This document shows positions 49,433 to 62,025 of a stretch of DNA of 64,000 nucleotides, one piece after another. A model generated the notes under the pieces. That model was not told where the DNA came from. It was given only the letters and a program-made list of their open reading frames with translations, and did no database searches. The DNA lies in contig NC_068996.1 in NCBI RefSeq assembly GCF_001194135.2, positions 9,289,804-9,353,803 on the forward strand. The letters run 5' to 3'. Positions within the stretch are counted from its first letter, which is position 1, and each line of letters starts with the position of its first letter. The DNA is from Octopus bimaculoides. Taxonomy: Eukaryota. A program made the translations under genes and the position numbers.

Positions 49433-49835
49433 CGCAGGCATGGTTCTGTGGGTAAGTAGATTGGTTCTCAACCATATGGTCTTGGGTTCAGTCCCACTCT
49501 GCAGCACTTGGGGGCAAATGTCTTATTTTGCCTTGGGGGGTCTATCAAATCTTTGTGAGAGGATATTATAGATGAAAACTGAAAGGATATTATAGATGAA
49601 AACTGAAAGAAGCCCATCATATATATTTCTATGTATTTGTGTGTTTGTGTTTGTACTCCATTGTTGCTTGATGACAGGTATTTGTCTGTTTACATCTGCA
49701 TAACTTGGTGGTTCAGCAATAGAGAACAATAGAATAAATACAAGGCTTTATTAAAAGTCCCGAGAGTGATTTGTTTGATTTAACCACCTGAAGGCAATGC
49801 CCCAACATGGCTACAGTCCAATGTATGGAACAAAT
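49433..49835 (+). mobile_element. SINE family A (diverged) with a 24-bp internal tandem duplication
   Basis: aggcgcaggcatggttctgtgggtaag head. ggatattatagatgaaaactgaaa x2 at 49561-49608. Confidence 0.82.
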
Positions 49836-51024
49836 ACATCATGAAAAAAAATACCATTCACAAAGCATTTGGTTTGAAGCTATAGTAGAAAATACTTGCT
49901 CAAGGTTTTGCTGTAAGTCCAACCCCAAAACTACATGTTTGATAATTGAACTTCATAATCGCACAGTCATGTCTCAAGTACATGAATGTTAGTTTAGTAT
50001 ATTAACCCCGAAAGGATAAAAAGCAAAGTTGGTCTTGGTAAGATTTGAACTCAAAATGCAAAGAAATACTGCTATACACCTTACCCAATTCTCTTGTCAT
50101 TCAGTCAATCCACCACTTTTGTAACATTGCTAATAATTGTTTCTGATATTGGCAGGGGAGTGCAGGGTGGGGTGGCGAGTCAATCGTATAAACCCTTGTG
50201 TTTGACTCATTCTTTGTTTTATTGACTCTGAAAGGATGAAGGCAAAGTTGACTTTGGCAAGATTTAGACATTACCTAATTGATGATGTTAAACCAACCAA
50301 TATTTAGATGAAAACTCTGGAAAGAAATCATGTTTTCCAGTATACAAGTTAACATGATATATAGTATAAACACACTATGTAAACATTGAAACTGCATCAC
50401 TATCTTTCCAAAATCCTGTTGCATTTCACTTGGAATTTTTGGTTCTCCAAAGTCATCTTGGGGTATAATTCAACCTGCCTTTGTTGGTTGAAAATTTTGG
50501 TCTACAAAATTCAACTCCTGTGTTAGAAAATAGGATAAAATGTATTGTTGATAGGAACGTGGTACATGTGAATCCAAAAACACAGTCTTTGTTAAGCAGT
50601 GATATTAGATCCAACTTTAATTAAACGAAGAACCTGGTGAAGAATTGACATTATTATCAAGAATACAGTACAAGTGAATCCAAAGACAGTTTTTAATGAT
50701 GTGACAATGTTAGTAAAAAAAAAGAAAAGAAAAACATGCAGTAGTAATGTTTGACCTAACTACAGTTAAATGAAAACACTAAAGTGGGTAGCATTCAGAG
50801 ATCTGAAACCAAAAGTACAATTGAAACCAAGAACACAATCTTTGGTAATTAAAAAAAATTATTGATGCAAAACAACATTGTTTTTAATTATGTAAGACAC
50901 ATTAAGAATATCAATGAAAGAAAAGTGGGTGGCCTTGTGAATGCGATGGAATGTTGTGGTTGGGGCATTCGTGAAAGAAACTTGAATAAATTAAATAATC
51001 CTACTGATGACAAAAGATATGTTT

Positions 51025-51180
51025 AGGCGTGGTTGTGTAGTTAGGAAGTTTGATTCCCAACCATGTGGTTTTGAGTTCAGTCCTACTGTGCAGCACCTTG
51101 GGCTAGTGTCTTCCACCACAGTCCTAGGCCTACCAAAGCCGTGTGAATGGATTTGGTAGATGGAAACTGAAAGAAGCTTG

Positions 51181-51224
<44 letters not shown>

Positions 51225-51390
51225 CTTTGTGTTTGAGTTGTGTCTGTTCGCAACCTACTGCTTGATAACTGGTGTTGGTTCATTTACATCCTTGTAACTT
51301 AAGAAATTTGTCGAAAGAGACCAACAGAATTGGTACCAAGCTTTAAGAACAAGATTTTGCCCCAGTATGGCCAAAGTCCAACAAGTGGAA
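51025..51390 (+). mobile_element. SINE family A
   Basis: ggcgtggttgtgtagttaggaagtttg...gagttcagtcc...(tg)n. Confidence 0.85.
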
Positions 51391-52141
51391 CACATAAATA
51401 ATTAATGGTAAATTCAATTCATTTCACCACCCCCTTCTTCCATTATTTTATTTTTTTGTTTCCTTAAGAAGGTAGACTGTGATTTGAGGTAGATTTGGTT
51501 GTTATTTCAAGCCGGTTGAGTGACCATCTAGAGGCTTCTTTGTTTAAGAAACGTGTTTATCTGATACAGAAGACTAATCAATAAGGTGCACAGGTGGAAA
51601 TATTTTAGTTAGCAATAAATATCTAAAGGAATGTATTAGTTGTAGTCCATGATCATTATCACCATCACTGTTGCCATCATCATCATCATCATCATCATCT
51701 GCTTCATTATCGTCGCTGCCTTCTTCATCATCATCATCAGCCATCATCATTAGCTTTGAATGCTAGCATATATCTTAGTTGCCTTTGTTCTTGAGAAATT
51801 CCTTTACGAGTGTTATGAAATATAAATAGCTTCGTGTCATCTGAAGAGTTACATCTAAGTCAGTTTTCACTTTTAGTTGTTTTTTAAAAAAAAAAAAGAA
51901 AGAAAGAAAAAGAGGAAATGCAACTCCACTCCACAGCAGTTTTTTAAAAATATTTTTTATATATTATTATGACTTGTGTTTCCAGTTATGAAAAGCGTGT
52001 ACAATGTCTGATATTGAAATAAGTAATCGGGCTGGTCAAAAATTCAAATACATTGAAAATAATTTTGCACTTTTGCCCTAGATCTACTTATTATTGTTGC
52101 TGTTTAGCTTGAAGTCAGCCACAGCTAAGCAAAAATATCAT

Positions 52142-52720
52142 CAAACCCTTTTGCATTTAAACTGGTCATACCCTGCCAAAGGTGCATGGCTCAGTGGTTA
52201 GAGTGTCGAGCTTATGACTGTGAGGCTGTGAGTTCAAATCCCGGACCGGGTTGCATGTTGTGTTCTTGAGCAAGACACTTAATTTCTTCTTGTTCCAGTT
52301 CATTCATCCGTATAAATGAGTTACAATGTCACTGATGCCAAACTGTATCGGCCCCTTTGCCTTTCCCTTGGATAACATCGGTGGCATGGAGAGGGGAGAC
52401 TGGTATGCATGGGCGACTGCTGGTCTTCCATAAACAACTTTGCCCGGACTTGTACCTTGGAGGTTAACTTCCTAGGTGCATTCCCAGGGTCAGTTATGAC
52501 CGAAGGGTGTCTCCGCAACCCTGCCAAAATATACTACCTAGTTTTTCTGTTCAAACTGGTCAGATCTGGCCTCTCACACCTATCCTATAATGTCATTCTA
52601 AAAATAAGCAATTTCATCATTGAAATCTCAGAGCTATAGGATAATGTACAATTAATTCAAAACAATGTGAATAAATTAGCATCACTTTTGACAGAATAAT
52701 CTGAATGCTGAAGAGCTAAA
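52142..52720. mobile_element. piggyBac-type MITE (family F) with a nested SINE D
   Basis: 5' end caaacccttttgcatttaaactgg and 3' end aatctgaatgctgaagagctaa. The body resumes after the SINE. Confidence 0.8.
52181..52517 (+). mobile_element. SINE family D, full length, with 11-bp TSD
   Basis: ACCCTGCCAAA at 52170-80 and 52518-28. A box tggctcagtggttaga, B box gttcaaatccc. Confidence 0.92.
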
Positions 52721-52855
52721 GGCACTCTGGTTGTGACCACCCCAGCTGCTTGTACCTATATGCAAAGTATATATGATCAAATTGTCGTTGTCCTTTTCTA
52801 GGATTCGTGGGATATAATTTAAGGAAGATTTGTGAGGTTGTGTGAACATATAGAG

Positions 52856-53113
52856 CAGTGCTTCTTGACAGGGGTCCACATGAACTTTGGGTGGAGGGGT
52901 TTCAATATAAGATTTTGTTGTTGAAGTTTATGTGCTATAAATTGGTTAGACTCCAGAAACACATAAAATATCTTAACAATTTTTGTACACAATTCCTAAT
53001 ATTTAATTATAAAAATAAAAGTAGGATTTTTTTTTTTAAACATGGAATAACTATGAGGGTCCAGTAGAGTAAAATAGGAATCAAAGGAGGCAAAAAATGG
53101 TTGAGAATCACTA
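52856..53113. mobile_element. hAT (Charlie-like) MITE
   Basis: Termini CAGTGCTTCTTGAC ... GTTGAGAATCACTA resemble the CAGTGGTTCTCAAC/GTTGAGAACCACTG TIR type, with internal gggtcc(a) motifs. No TSD seen. Confidence 0.65.
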
Positions 53114-53476
53114 GAGGTTCCCTTGACCCAGATAGGTTGGTTGATTGGTTGGTTGAATAAAATGGAGAAAGAAAACTCAATACGTAAAAGTAGAGCGTAT
53201 GAATTTTCATTATTTAGTTGTAAAGCTACTTCAGAGTCTTGAAGGGTTGTTTGATAAGTGCTACTCACAAATCTTTCAATCCTTGAATCGCATGGTAACT
53301 TTAGCCATGTAACCACATACAATGTTTTTCTTGGACTGTTCATTTCCTTCTCTCTAGACCTTTCCTCCAACCCCCATCTTAAACTGAGCGTCAACTTTAA
53401 TACATTCCATGTATATGTCTTATTGACTTTTGCTGTCTTTGTTTTTATTTTCGATTTGCCTATATATATATCACCA

Positions 53477-53652
53477 TCATCGTTTAACGGGCTTCTTTCA
53501 GTTTCTGTCTACCAAATCCACTCACAAGGTTTTGGTCGGCTCGAGGCTAAATGTTGAAAGACACTTGCCCAAGGTGCCACGCAGTGGGACAGAACCCGGA
53601 ACCATGTGGTTCGTAAGCAAGTTACTTACCACACACCCACTCCTACGCCTAT
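53477..53652 (-). mobile_element. SINE family A, head half
   Basis: gggcttctttcagtttctgtctaccaaatcc...acttaccacac.ccc actcctacgcct. Confidence 0.9.
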
Positions 53653-55416
53653 GTATATATTATATAGGCTGTTAAAATTAACATCTGTAAAAAAGAAACA
53701 TTGTCAAAGGGAGTTAACACGTTAACTGATCATTAATGTATTGGTGAAAAGAGGGGACAGGACATAACCGAACCCCCCGAGGCACGCATTAGTTAATAGA
53801 GAGTATGTATGTGTGTGTGTGAGAGAGAGAGAGAGATTTTTCGTTAAGACTTACGGAGAATGTGCAATGTGTGTGGAAGCTTCAAAATGCAAGTAATGGA
53901 AGACAGATGAAGTCTTTAAGTAGTCAGCCTAGCTTGGCGATTCACATGTCAAATAAGGTCAAAAATCTTTGCTGATGTTATAAATTATTAGCTCTTTTGT
54001 TCAAAGGTGGGAGATGAGTGGGAGGGAAGGTAGGAATAGGTTGCTTGTTAGGGTTTAAATGGACTGGTGTTATTTGATTATTTCCATTCACGCTGTCTTG
54101 AACGGGGTTATAGAAACTTATAAGGTATGCTAAAGTAGGGAGATGAAAGGTTAATTCCCCAATGTTTTATTTCTAGGAAGTTTCGTTGAGCTATAATGAC
54201 AAACCCTACCCCCAAGTCGTACATTTAACATCTGTTCAGAGCCTTTTGTCGTTTGTACTTTTTATTTTATTTATTTATCTTTACATTTTTTTAATATTCT
54301 GTTGAACGGCAACAGCAGAAAGAAAAAAAGGAAAAGACACAACGTAAAAACAGGTAAATAAATAAAATACCGAGAGTATTGATTTCACTGTATAAATGTC
54401 AGGACTATGTTAAGACCTGATGAGTGATGAGGTGGAGAAGGGTGTTGAGAGGGGAGAGAAAAATGGCGGCTGTCATTATTTTAGTTAATAGGTGGATGTC
54501 AAGGGAGACAACTTTTTCAATCGATTTATAAAGACTTGTTGGTAATGGCAAAAACACATTGACCTGATTAGTAAAACACACATACAAATGCATACACACA
54601 CAAACTCACTCACAGACAGTCACAGAAGATTTGAATTAAGATTTCACATTTCGTGACACTTTTTTTTTTTTTCTGTTGGCCTCGCCCTAACCCAAACCCA
54701 CCTTACTCCATCCTCTCTTCAAATTAGATTTTCCTCCTACCAATGATTTAATTACAATGGCTGTTTTTAAAAGTTATTGGTTGGTGTCCATAAAACTTGA
54801 GAGGCCGGAGTTCACAGCTGCTTGTAGTTCATTAAACGGCGATGTTGCTTCAACCCAAATGGACTTGTTACGTCAGTGAAGCTGTGATCGTAGAGCTGTC
54901 TGTGTCTATGGCCGTGTGACTATGTGTAGTACTACGACCGAAGAGCGGTGTCGCATCAGCTATGACTATACATACGACTGGCCATGGAAATTGTGACCAT
55001 AACGCTTGATTATTGACCATATCTTGTTGCTGTTTCTATGTATGTCTTTGGAACTACGTCTGTGTAGCTACAATTGCAGAGTTAAAGGTTAAGTACGGCT
55101 GTAAAGCTATGTGTATATTGTCTATGGAGGAAAAAGTCAATTATATCTAGGATAAAAAAAAGAATTACTGGAAAAAAATGACACATTTTATTTAAATAGT
55201 ATAAACAATTAAAGTAATAAAGCGAAAATACTGACAAAACATGACTTGTATACAATTTATATTTGATGGCATCACACATGTGAAAAGACAACCTTTTATT
55301 CAATTTCATAAGCAAAAGACAAAGAAAAGTCATTCATTTATTAAACAATACTTGACATGTTACAGATTGAAAACACCCTACATTGTATCGTGGTATTACA
55401 AGTACATTCAGTATTT

Positions 55417-55620
55417 TTAAGGTTGACGACTAAAGACGATTATTCCAGCCAACAACACAAAGAAATTCTGCCACAGTCGTGTGGTGGTTTTCAGGTCGAG
55501 CAAGTTTATGATGAAGGCGTTCTTGTAGTTGCACATAGTGCCGACCAACTCTTCTTCGAGGTGGATCACTAACGAGATCCAGCTGAATAACTGGATATCA
55601 CTGCTGCTTCTATACACACG
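55417..55620 (-). pseudogene. Decayed RNase H domain of a DIRS-type (tyrosine-recombinase) retrotransposon
   Basis: DIQLFSWISLVIHLEEELVGTMCNYKNAFIINLLDLKTTTRLWQNFFVLLAGIIVFSRQ lines up in spacing with the DIRS pattern FTDAS..GWGAHL....G.W...E...HINLLELKAV..AL.HF..LL.G..V..RTDN. Third positions are GC-rich. Confidence 0.6.
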
Positions 55621-56194
55621 CCAGATTGAGGAGGGATAGTAATGATTTTTTTTACTCTTCCCCACGCCTGGATTCGTGTCTATATTGTTATGAACGTATT
55701 GCTATGACCATAGATTCCTCTGGTTCTCCATAACCAAAGCAGTAGAGTCACGACTACAGCTGTAGGTTTAGCTAACGTCTGTACAGCTCTCTCTCTCTCC
55801 TCCCTTTTGTAGAGTTCATCCAAGTAGGCTCGGTGGTTGTGCCTGTGCAACTAGAAATTAAATACCAAGACTCATATTTAACTATATATTTGCTGAAGAA
55901 ATTTGAAGAGAACTGGGAATTTTATATGATTTTACTTTCTTTCTTTCTTCCTTTTTTTTTTTTTTTATCTGTGTGGATTTTTATCCAAATCCTCTTTATC
56001 ATAGACAATGAAAACTTAAAATTTAGTGGTGCTGCAGGCAATAACATTCTGTAATTCTAGTTCTCCCTGAGGAAGAATTTGATGCAAATGGTAGTAGTGG
56101 TGGGAGGGGTGATAGCATTTAATAATAAGACAAAATGGCTGTAAGATGTAAAAAGTACTGGACTGTCAACTAGGCAGTGAATTAGAAGGAATCA

Positions 56195-56478
56195 TTAAAG
56201 TGTCAACTGGAATATCTTGTACTGTTCATCCAAGTTCTCTAAGCTCTGAGTTTAAATCCTGCCACAGTTAATTTTACCTTTCATCCTTTTGGGCTCAACA
56301 GATAAGGTACAGTGCAACAGTAGCATTTCATCTGTCTTTACATTCTGAGTTCAAATTCTGCTGAGATCAACTTTGCCTTTCCTCCTTTCGGGTCAATGAA
56401 ATAAGTACCAGTCGAGCACTGGGGTCAATGTAATTGATTAGCCCCCCCCCCCCTTCCCACAAAATTTCAGGCCTTCTA
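56195..56478 (+). mobile_element. Two partial SINE family C copies
   Basis: ctgagtt.aaat.ctgc...tt..cctttcatcctttt and a second copy at about 56320-56470. Confidence 0.8.
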
Positions 56479-56772
56479 TCATCATCATCATTTAATGTCC
56501 ATTGTCCATGCTGGCTGGCATGGGTTGGACAGTTTTACCAGGGCTGGCAAACTACGGAGCTACATCAGGCTCCAGTCTGTTTTGGCATTGTTTCTATGGC
56601 TAGATGCTCCTTCCTAACACCCAACCACTTCACAGAATATCTGGGTGCTTTTTTGCATGACACCATTATCTGTCACAAACTATGATTTTACTTGGTTTGA
56701 TGGGTCTTCTTCTGAAGTACAGCATATTGCCAAAGGTCTCGGTCATTTGTCATTGCGTCTATGAAGCCCAAC
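56478..56772 (-). mobile_element. RTE LINE 3' end including the ORF2 stop, linking family B tails to an RTE LINE
   Basis: 56771-56688 reads LGFIDAMTNDRDLWQYAVLQKKTHQTK* (RTE C-terminal DR..WR-type motif), followed by the family B-type UTR and (gat)n. Confidence 0.75.
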
Positions 56773-57852
56773 ACATGATAATAGAATTATTATTATCATT
56801 GTTGTTGTTACTATAAAGGCAGCAAGCTGGCAGTATTTTTTAGCAAGCCAGACAATATGCTTAAACAGCATTTCGTCCATCTTTATGTTCTGAGTTCAAA
56901 TTCCACCAGAGGTTCAATTAAACAAATACTAGTCAAGTTCTAGGTCTGTAACTTAGAGATTCAGCAAAACAGACTGATAAAATAAGTACCAGGCTTAAAT
57001 AGATATTGTGGTGGGGTGGTGAATTTGTTTGACTGAATCCATCAAGGCAGTGCCCCAACATGGCTGCAGTTCAATGACTGAAACAAGTAAAAAAAATTTT
57101 TAAATATAAAAAAAAAAAAGGCTATAATTTATTTCACTGTTAATAATTCCACAACAACCACCAGGTATAATTATTGGCCACATGCAATAACGCTGTACAA
57201 ACATAAAGAATTGTTAGAACTCAACCAAGCTTTAAATTTTGTCATTCTCCCACCACAAGGGCATAGTATTTAAATAATTATTAGTTATTAATAATATGTC
57301 GATAATAATTAATATCGGAAATTAGCAATAGGGTTAATAGAAATATGGAATTAGCCAGATTCCAATTAATACATTGGATCATTTGATCTCTATTTCGTTA
57401 CTTGTTTCCATCTAGCAGTGTATCAGTTACTCAAAAACTAATGCTGTGCAGTGTATTTCTCTTTAGGCTATTCACTAGTTGAAATGTCAGACAGAAGCAT
57501 GTGATACAGTGTTAAGAAACTGGTTTTCCAATCATGAGTCTTGGTGTTCAGCCTTACCGCATGACACCATGGTCATGTGTGTTCTACTATAGCCCCAAGC
57601 CGGCCAAAAACTTGTGTGTGGATTTGGTAGTTCTCTGTTGAGCAAACTTCTGACCAAAGCCTTCCCAGTTACGACTTCATATTTTTTTTCTTTTTCTCAG
57701 TCACAATATATGTGATGTCCTTCCCTTTCCTAAAAAAAAAAAAAAATGGTAGATTTGGCTGTTGTTTCTTGTAGGCTGAATGTGACCAAATATGTATAGG
57801 GTCTTTCAAGGCCAAGAATACTGCCTTTCCTTCTCTAGCTTAAAATAAATAA

Positions 57853-58176
57853 ACCCCCTTCAGTCATGAGTCACCATGAGATTGCACCTAGAAAGTTCCC
57901 CTCTGAGGCACAAATGCAGGCAAGATTGTTTATGGAAGACCAGCAGTCACTCATGCATACAAGACTCCTCTCTCCATGCCACCAATGTTATCCAAAAGAA
58001 AGGCTCACACAGCTTGGCACCAGTGATATCACAACTCATTTCTACCGCTGAGTGAACTGGAGCAATGTGAAATAAAGTGTCTTGCTCAAGATGAGAACAT
58101 ACAACCTAGTTTGAGAATTGAACTCACTACCTCATCATTGTGAGCCCAATACTCTAACCACTGAGCCATGTGCCTT
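57853..58176 (-). mobile_element. SINE family D
   Basis: Reverse complement of 18708-19046. ccttctctagct at 57829-40 and 58173-84 is TSD-like. Confidence 0.88.
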
Positions 58177-58919
58177 CTCTAGCTAAACCATTAAAAAAAA
58201 AAATAAATAAATAAATAAATATATGAAAAAGCCATTCTAGTTATGATTGTTTCAATAATGTTTAAGGTGTCTTTCTTTTGGTTTTAAGATTGCAGGATAT
58301 GATTTGAAAACGATTTAGCTGCTATCTCTAGCTGGTCAACGATACCTTATATAGAAACTTCCTACATTTACAAAATTCTTCTGTAACTACACTGTACATT
58401 TGTAGTTATTCATTGATATTTCTTGGATAAATTAAGTTTATTCATTCCATTTGAAATTTAACAGAACAATTGCAGCAATTGTTTAAATAATTAAAACATT
58501 TTTCAATTCACTTCTGCTAATAAAAACGACAATACTGTTGGCAATGTTCAAGTTTTATTGGCGTAATAACTACTTAGGAGATATAAGCAAATGAGATAAT
58601 AGCTTATAATTTAATCATTTATGTCTTCATATTGGCAGCGGGTTGGCAAGGTTGTTACACCTTCAGATATTGTAATGATTTGTATTGCAGTATTTGTTCC
58701 AGCTCTCACCATTCTGAGTTCAGTTCCAGCCACAGTCAAATTTAACATTTGTCTTTTTGGGGGGGTTTTTTCTATCGTTTCATTCTTTTTCTCTCTCCTT
58801 CAACAGTCTCTTTGTATGACAGTAATATTCATTTATAGCAAACATGCAATGTTGACATACAAAAGTACATCCACACACACACACACAGACACACACATAT
58901 ACATAAATACACACATATA

Positions 58920-59153
58920 TTCTCTTTTACTCTTTTACTTGTTTCAGTCATTTGACTGCGGCCATGCTGGAGCACCGCCTTTAGTCAAGCAAATCGACCC
59001 CAGGACTTATTCTTTGTAAGCCTAGTACTTATTCTATCGGGCTCTTTTGCCAAACCGCTAAGTTACGGGGACGTAAACACACCAACATCGGTTGTCAAGT
59101 GATGGTGTGGGGACAAACACAGACACACAAACACACACACACACACACACACA
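58920..59153 (-). mobile_element. SINE family A tail half running into gap 59154-59840
   Basis: Near-identical to 8186-8400. Confidence 0.9.
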
Positions 59154-59966
59154 NNNNNNNNNNNNNNNNNNNNNNNNNNNNNNNNNNNNNNNNNNNNNNN
59201 NNNNNNNNNNNNNNNNNNNNNNNNNNNNNNNNNNNNNNNNNNNNNNNNNNNNNNNNNNNNNNNNNNNNNNNNNNNNNNNNNNNNNNNNNNNNNNNNNNNN
59301 NNNNNNNNNNNNNNNNNNNNNNNNNNNNNNNNNNNNNNNNNNNNNNNNNNNNNNNNNNNNNNNNNNNNNNNNNNNNNNNNNNNNNNNNNNNNNNNNNNNN
59401 NNNNNNNNNNNNNNNNNNNNNNNNNNNNNNNNNNNNNNNNNNNNNNNNNNNNNNNNNNNNNNNNNNNNNNNNNNNNNNNNNNNNNNNNNNNNNNNNNNNN
59501 NNNNNNNNNNNNNNNNNNNNNNNNNNNNNNNNNNNNNNNNNNNNNNNNNNNNNNNNNNNNNNNNNNNNNNNNNNNNNNNNNNNNNNNNNNNNNNNNNNNN
59601 NNNNNNNNNNNNNNNNNNNNNNNNNNNNNNNNNNNNNNNNNNNNNNNNNNNNNNNNNNNNNNNNNNNNNNNNNNNNNNNNNNNNNNNNNNNNNNNNNNNN
59701 NNNNNNNNNNNNNNNNNNNNNNNNNNNNNNNNNNNNNNNNNNNNNNNNNNNNNNNNNNNNNNNNNNNNNNNNNNNNNNNNNNNNNNNNNNNNNNNNNNNN
59801 NNNNNNNNNNNNNNNNNNNNNNNNNNNNNNNNNNNNNNNNTGAAACTCTCGGCCCTCAAGTCACTGTAACTTCTAACAGTTATTAATAAGTACCAGTTGA
59901 ACACTGGAACTAAAGTAATTGACTTACCACTCCCCCGAAATTGCTGGCCTTGTGCCAAAATTTGAA

Positions 59967-59999
<33 letters not shown>

Positions 60000-60876
60000 C
60001 ATGTTGACAGAATTGGTAGCATGTCGGGCAAAATTTGTTTTGCAACCTCATAGTTCTTGGTTCAATCTTACAGCACAGTACCTTGAACAAGAATCTTCTA
60101 CCATAGCCTTGAACTGACCAGTAACTTGGGAGTGGAATTTAGTTAACTGAAATTGTGTAAGCCCTTCATGTTTGTGCGTGTGTACTACTACTACTGCCGC
60201 TGCAACAATCTTCTTATTGTGCTTAGTTATCTCTCCATTACTGAAAGCCTAATGTCTTGTCCATATGTGTTATTTTCACCTGTGTACTGTAAGACAGTAA
60301 TGTTTATTAATTATAATATACCTTTAATTGTGGATTGAGTTCTCTCTCTCTCCCTCATTAGCAGCTTTGATTAGCTACACCTTCTGGTAGTGTTCCAACT
60401 CAGATGTCTGTTAACCGCACCTGCATGACCCAAATAGCAGACCGTTATTCTCCTCCCACCCAAGATTCTTAATACAGATTCTCACCTGTGTTCACCACTC
60501 CAATCCTCCACCCACCCACACCATACCCCCTAATCTGTGACTGTGTAACTGCAATCACCTGTCTTATTTGCTACATAACCTTCGCTTTCTACAGCATTCA
60601 TCTAACACCACCACCCCCTTCCTCTCCCCACCACCACCACCTTTGAACGAATCTAATGTGTTATTTTGTTTTGAGTAAGCCAGCCACCTTGTTGATGTTG
60701 TTGTAGAGCTAGTGGTGGTGGTGGTGGTGGTGGTGGTGGTGGTGGTGTTGATGTTGATGGTTGTGTCCTGCTCTGGCCTCAGATCAAACAAACCAATGAT
60801 CAAATGTCTTCCAGTCGTGACCATCACCTGTTATTCAGACAATAGTGTACTCTTGAACTTGAGAGCATCCAAAATC

Positions 60877-60941
<65 letters not shown>

Positions 60942-61224
60942 AAAGTGTAACTTGAGCAAAAGTTCAGTTTCGTTTTTTTTTCTTTCTTTTTTTTTTCTCT
61001 CTTTCCAGTTGATTGATTAAGTAACTGCCTGGAGTAGGGGTGGTGGTTGGGTGTGGTGGAGACCTTGTTGGTTTCACAAATGAATATTGCAAGAGTACAA
61101 GAACCAACCCATGGAGTTGTGGGTGGGGAGGGGCATTTATATTGAGAAAAATAATAAATTTTTTTCTCATTTTACAAATTCGTAAAGTACAAAGTTTATA
61201 TTTAGTTACTTTTCTTATTTTTTT

Positions 61225-61440
61225 AGTTTTTACTTGCTTCGACGATTGGACTGCAGCCATGCTGGAGCATTGACTTGACTCAAAGGGGGTTCAGTCAAAC
61301 CAATCTCCTTCAGTACTTATTTTAAAACCTCATAACTTATTCTGTTGGTTTATTTTGCCAAACCACTAAGTTACATGGATGTAAACAAACCACCACCAGT
61401 TGTCAAGTGGTGACATGGGACAAGCATAAAGATACACTCG

Positions 61441-61472
<32 letters not shown>

Positions 61473-61640
61473 CATACACGATAGATTTCTCTTACTTCCT
61501 AACAACCAAATCCACTCACAAAAAGGTTTGGTTGTCCAAGGCTACTGTAGAAGACACTTGCTCAAGGTACCATACAGTGGGACTGAACCCAAGACAACAT
61601 AGTAGGGGAGCAATCTTCTTAACCACTCAGCCATGCCTAT
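61225..61640 (-). mobile_element. SINE family A (diverged)
   Basis: ggactgcagccatgctggagca...aaatccactcacaa...cagtgggactgaaccc. Confidence 0.82.
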
Positions 61641-61979
61641 GTTTTACAGATTCAATCATTTAAAAAAAATTTTTTTTAAATAGGTTTTAAGAAACTTTAT
61701 TGACAAAAGGTTTCAAATTTAAAAGCCAACAAGGGTTTCTCCATTGCTTGCCTAGAAAGGCGCCTTCTTTGGTTCATCAAACAATTCTTAGCTCTTACAG
61801 AAAAGACAGTGAGGAGGCTACAGCTTCTTCACTCAATATTTCATTACTGCCATTATAAGAATCTAAGAAAAACAATTCTTTATGTCTTCTTATTGAAGTG
61901 ACTCAATATTTCTTTTTTTTTTTATGTTATCTCAATACTTTTTTGCCTCATGTACTCAAAACACTCTCTGCACCGAGTT

Positions 61980-62025
<46 letters not shown>

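Noticed and set aside
50380-50520. Strong minus-strand acceptor (ctattttctaacacAG) with coding-like text
   Set aside because: All frames stop within about 22 codons, the donor is weak and it is not phase-compatible with the 62820 donor.
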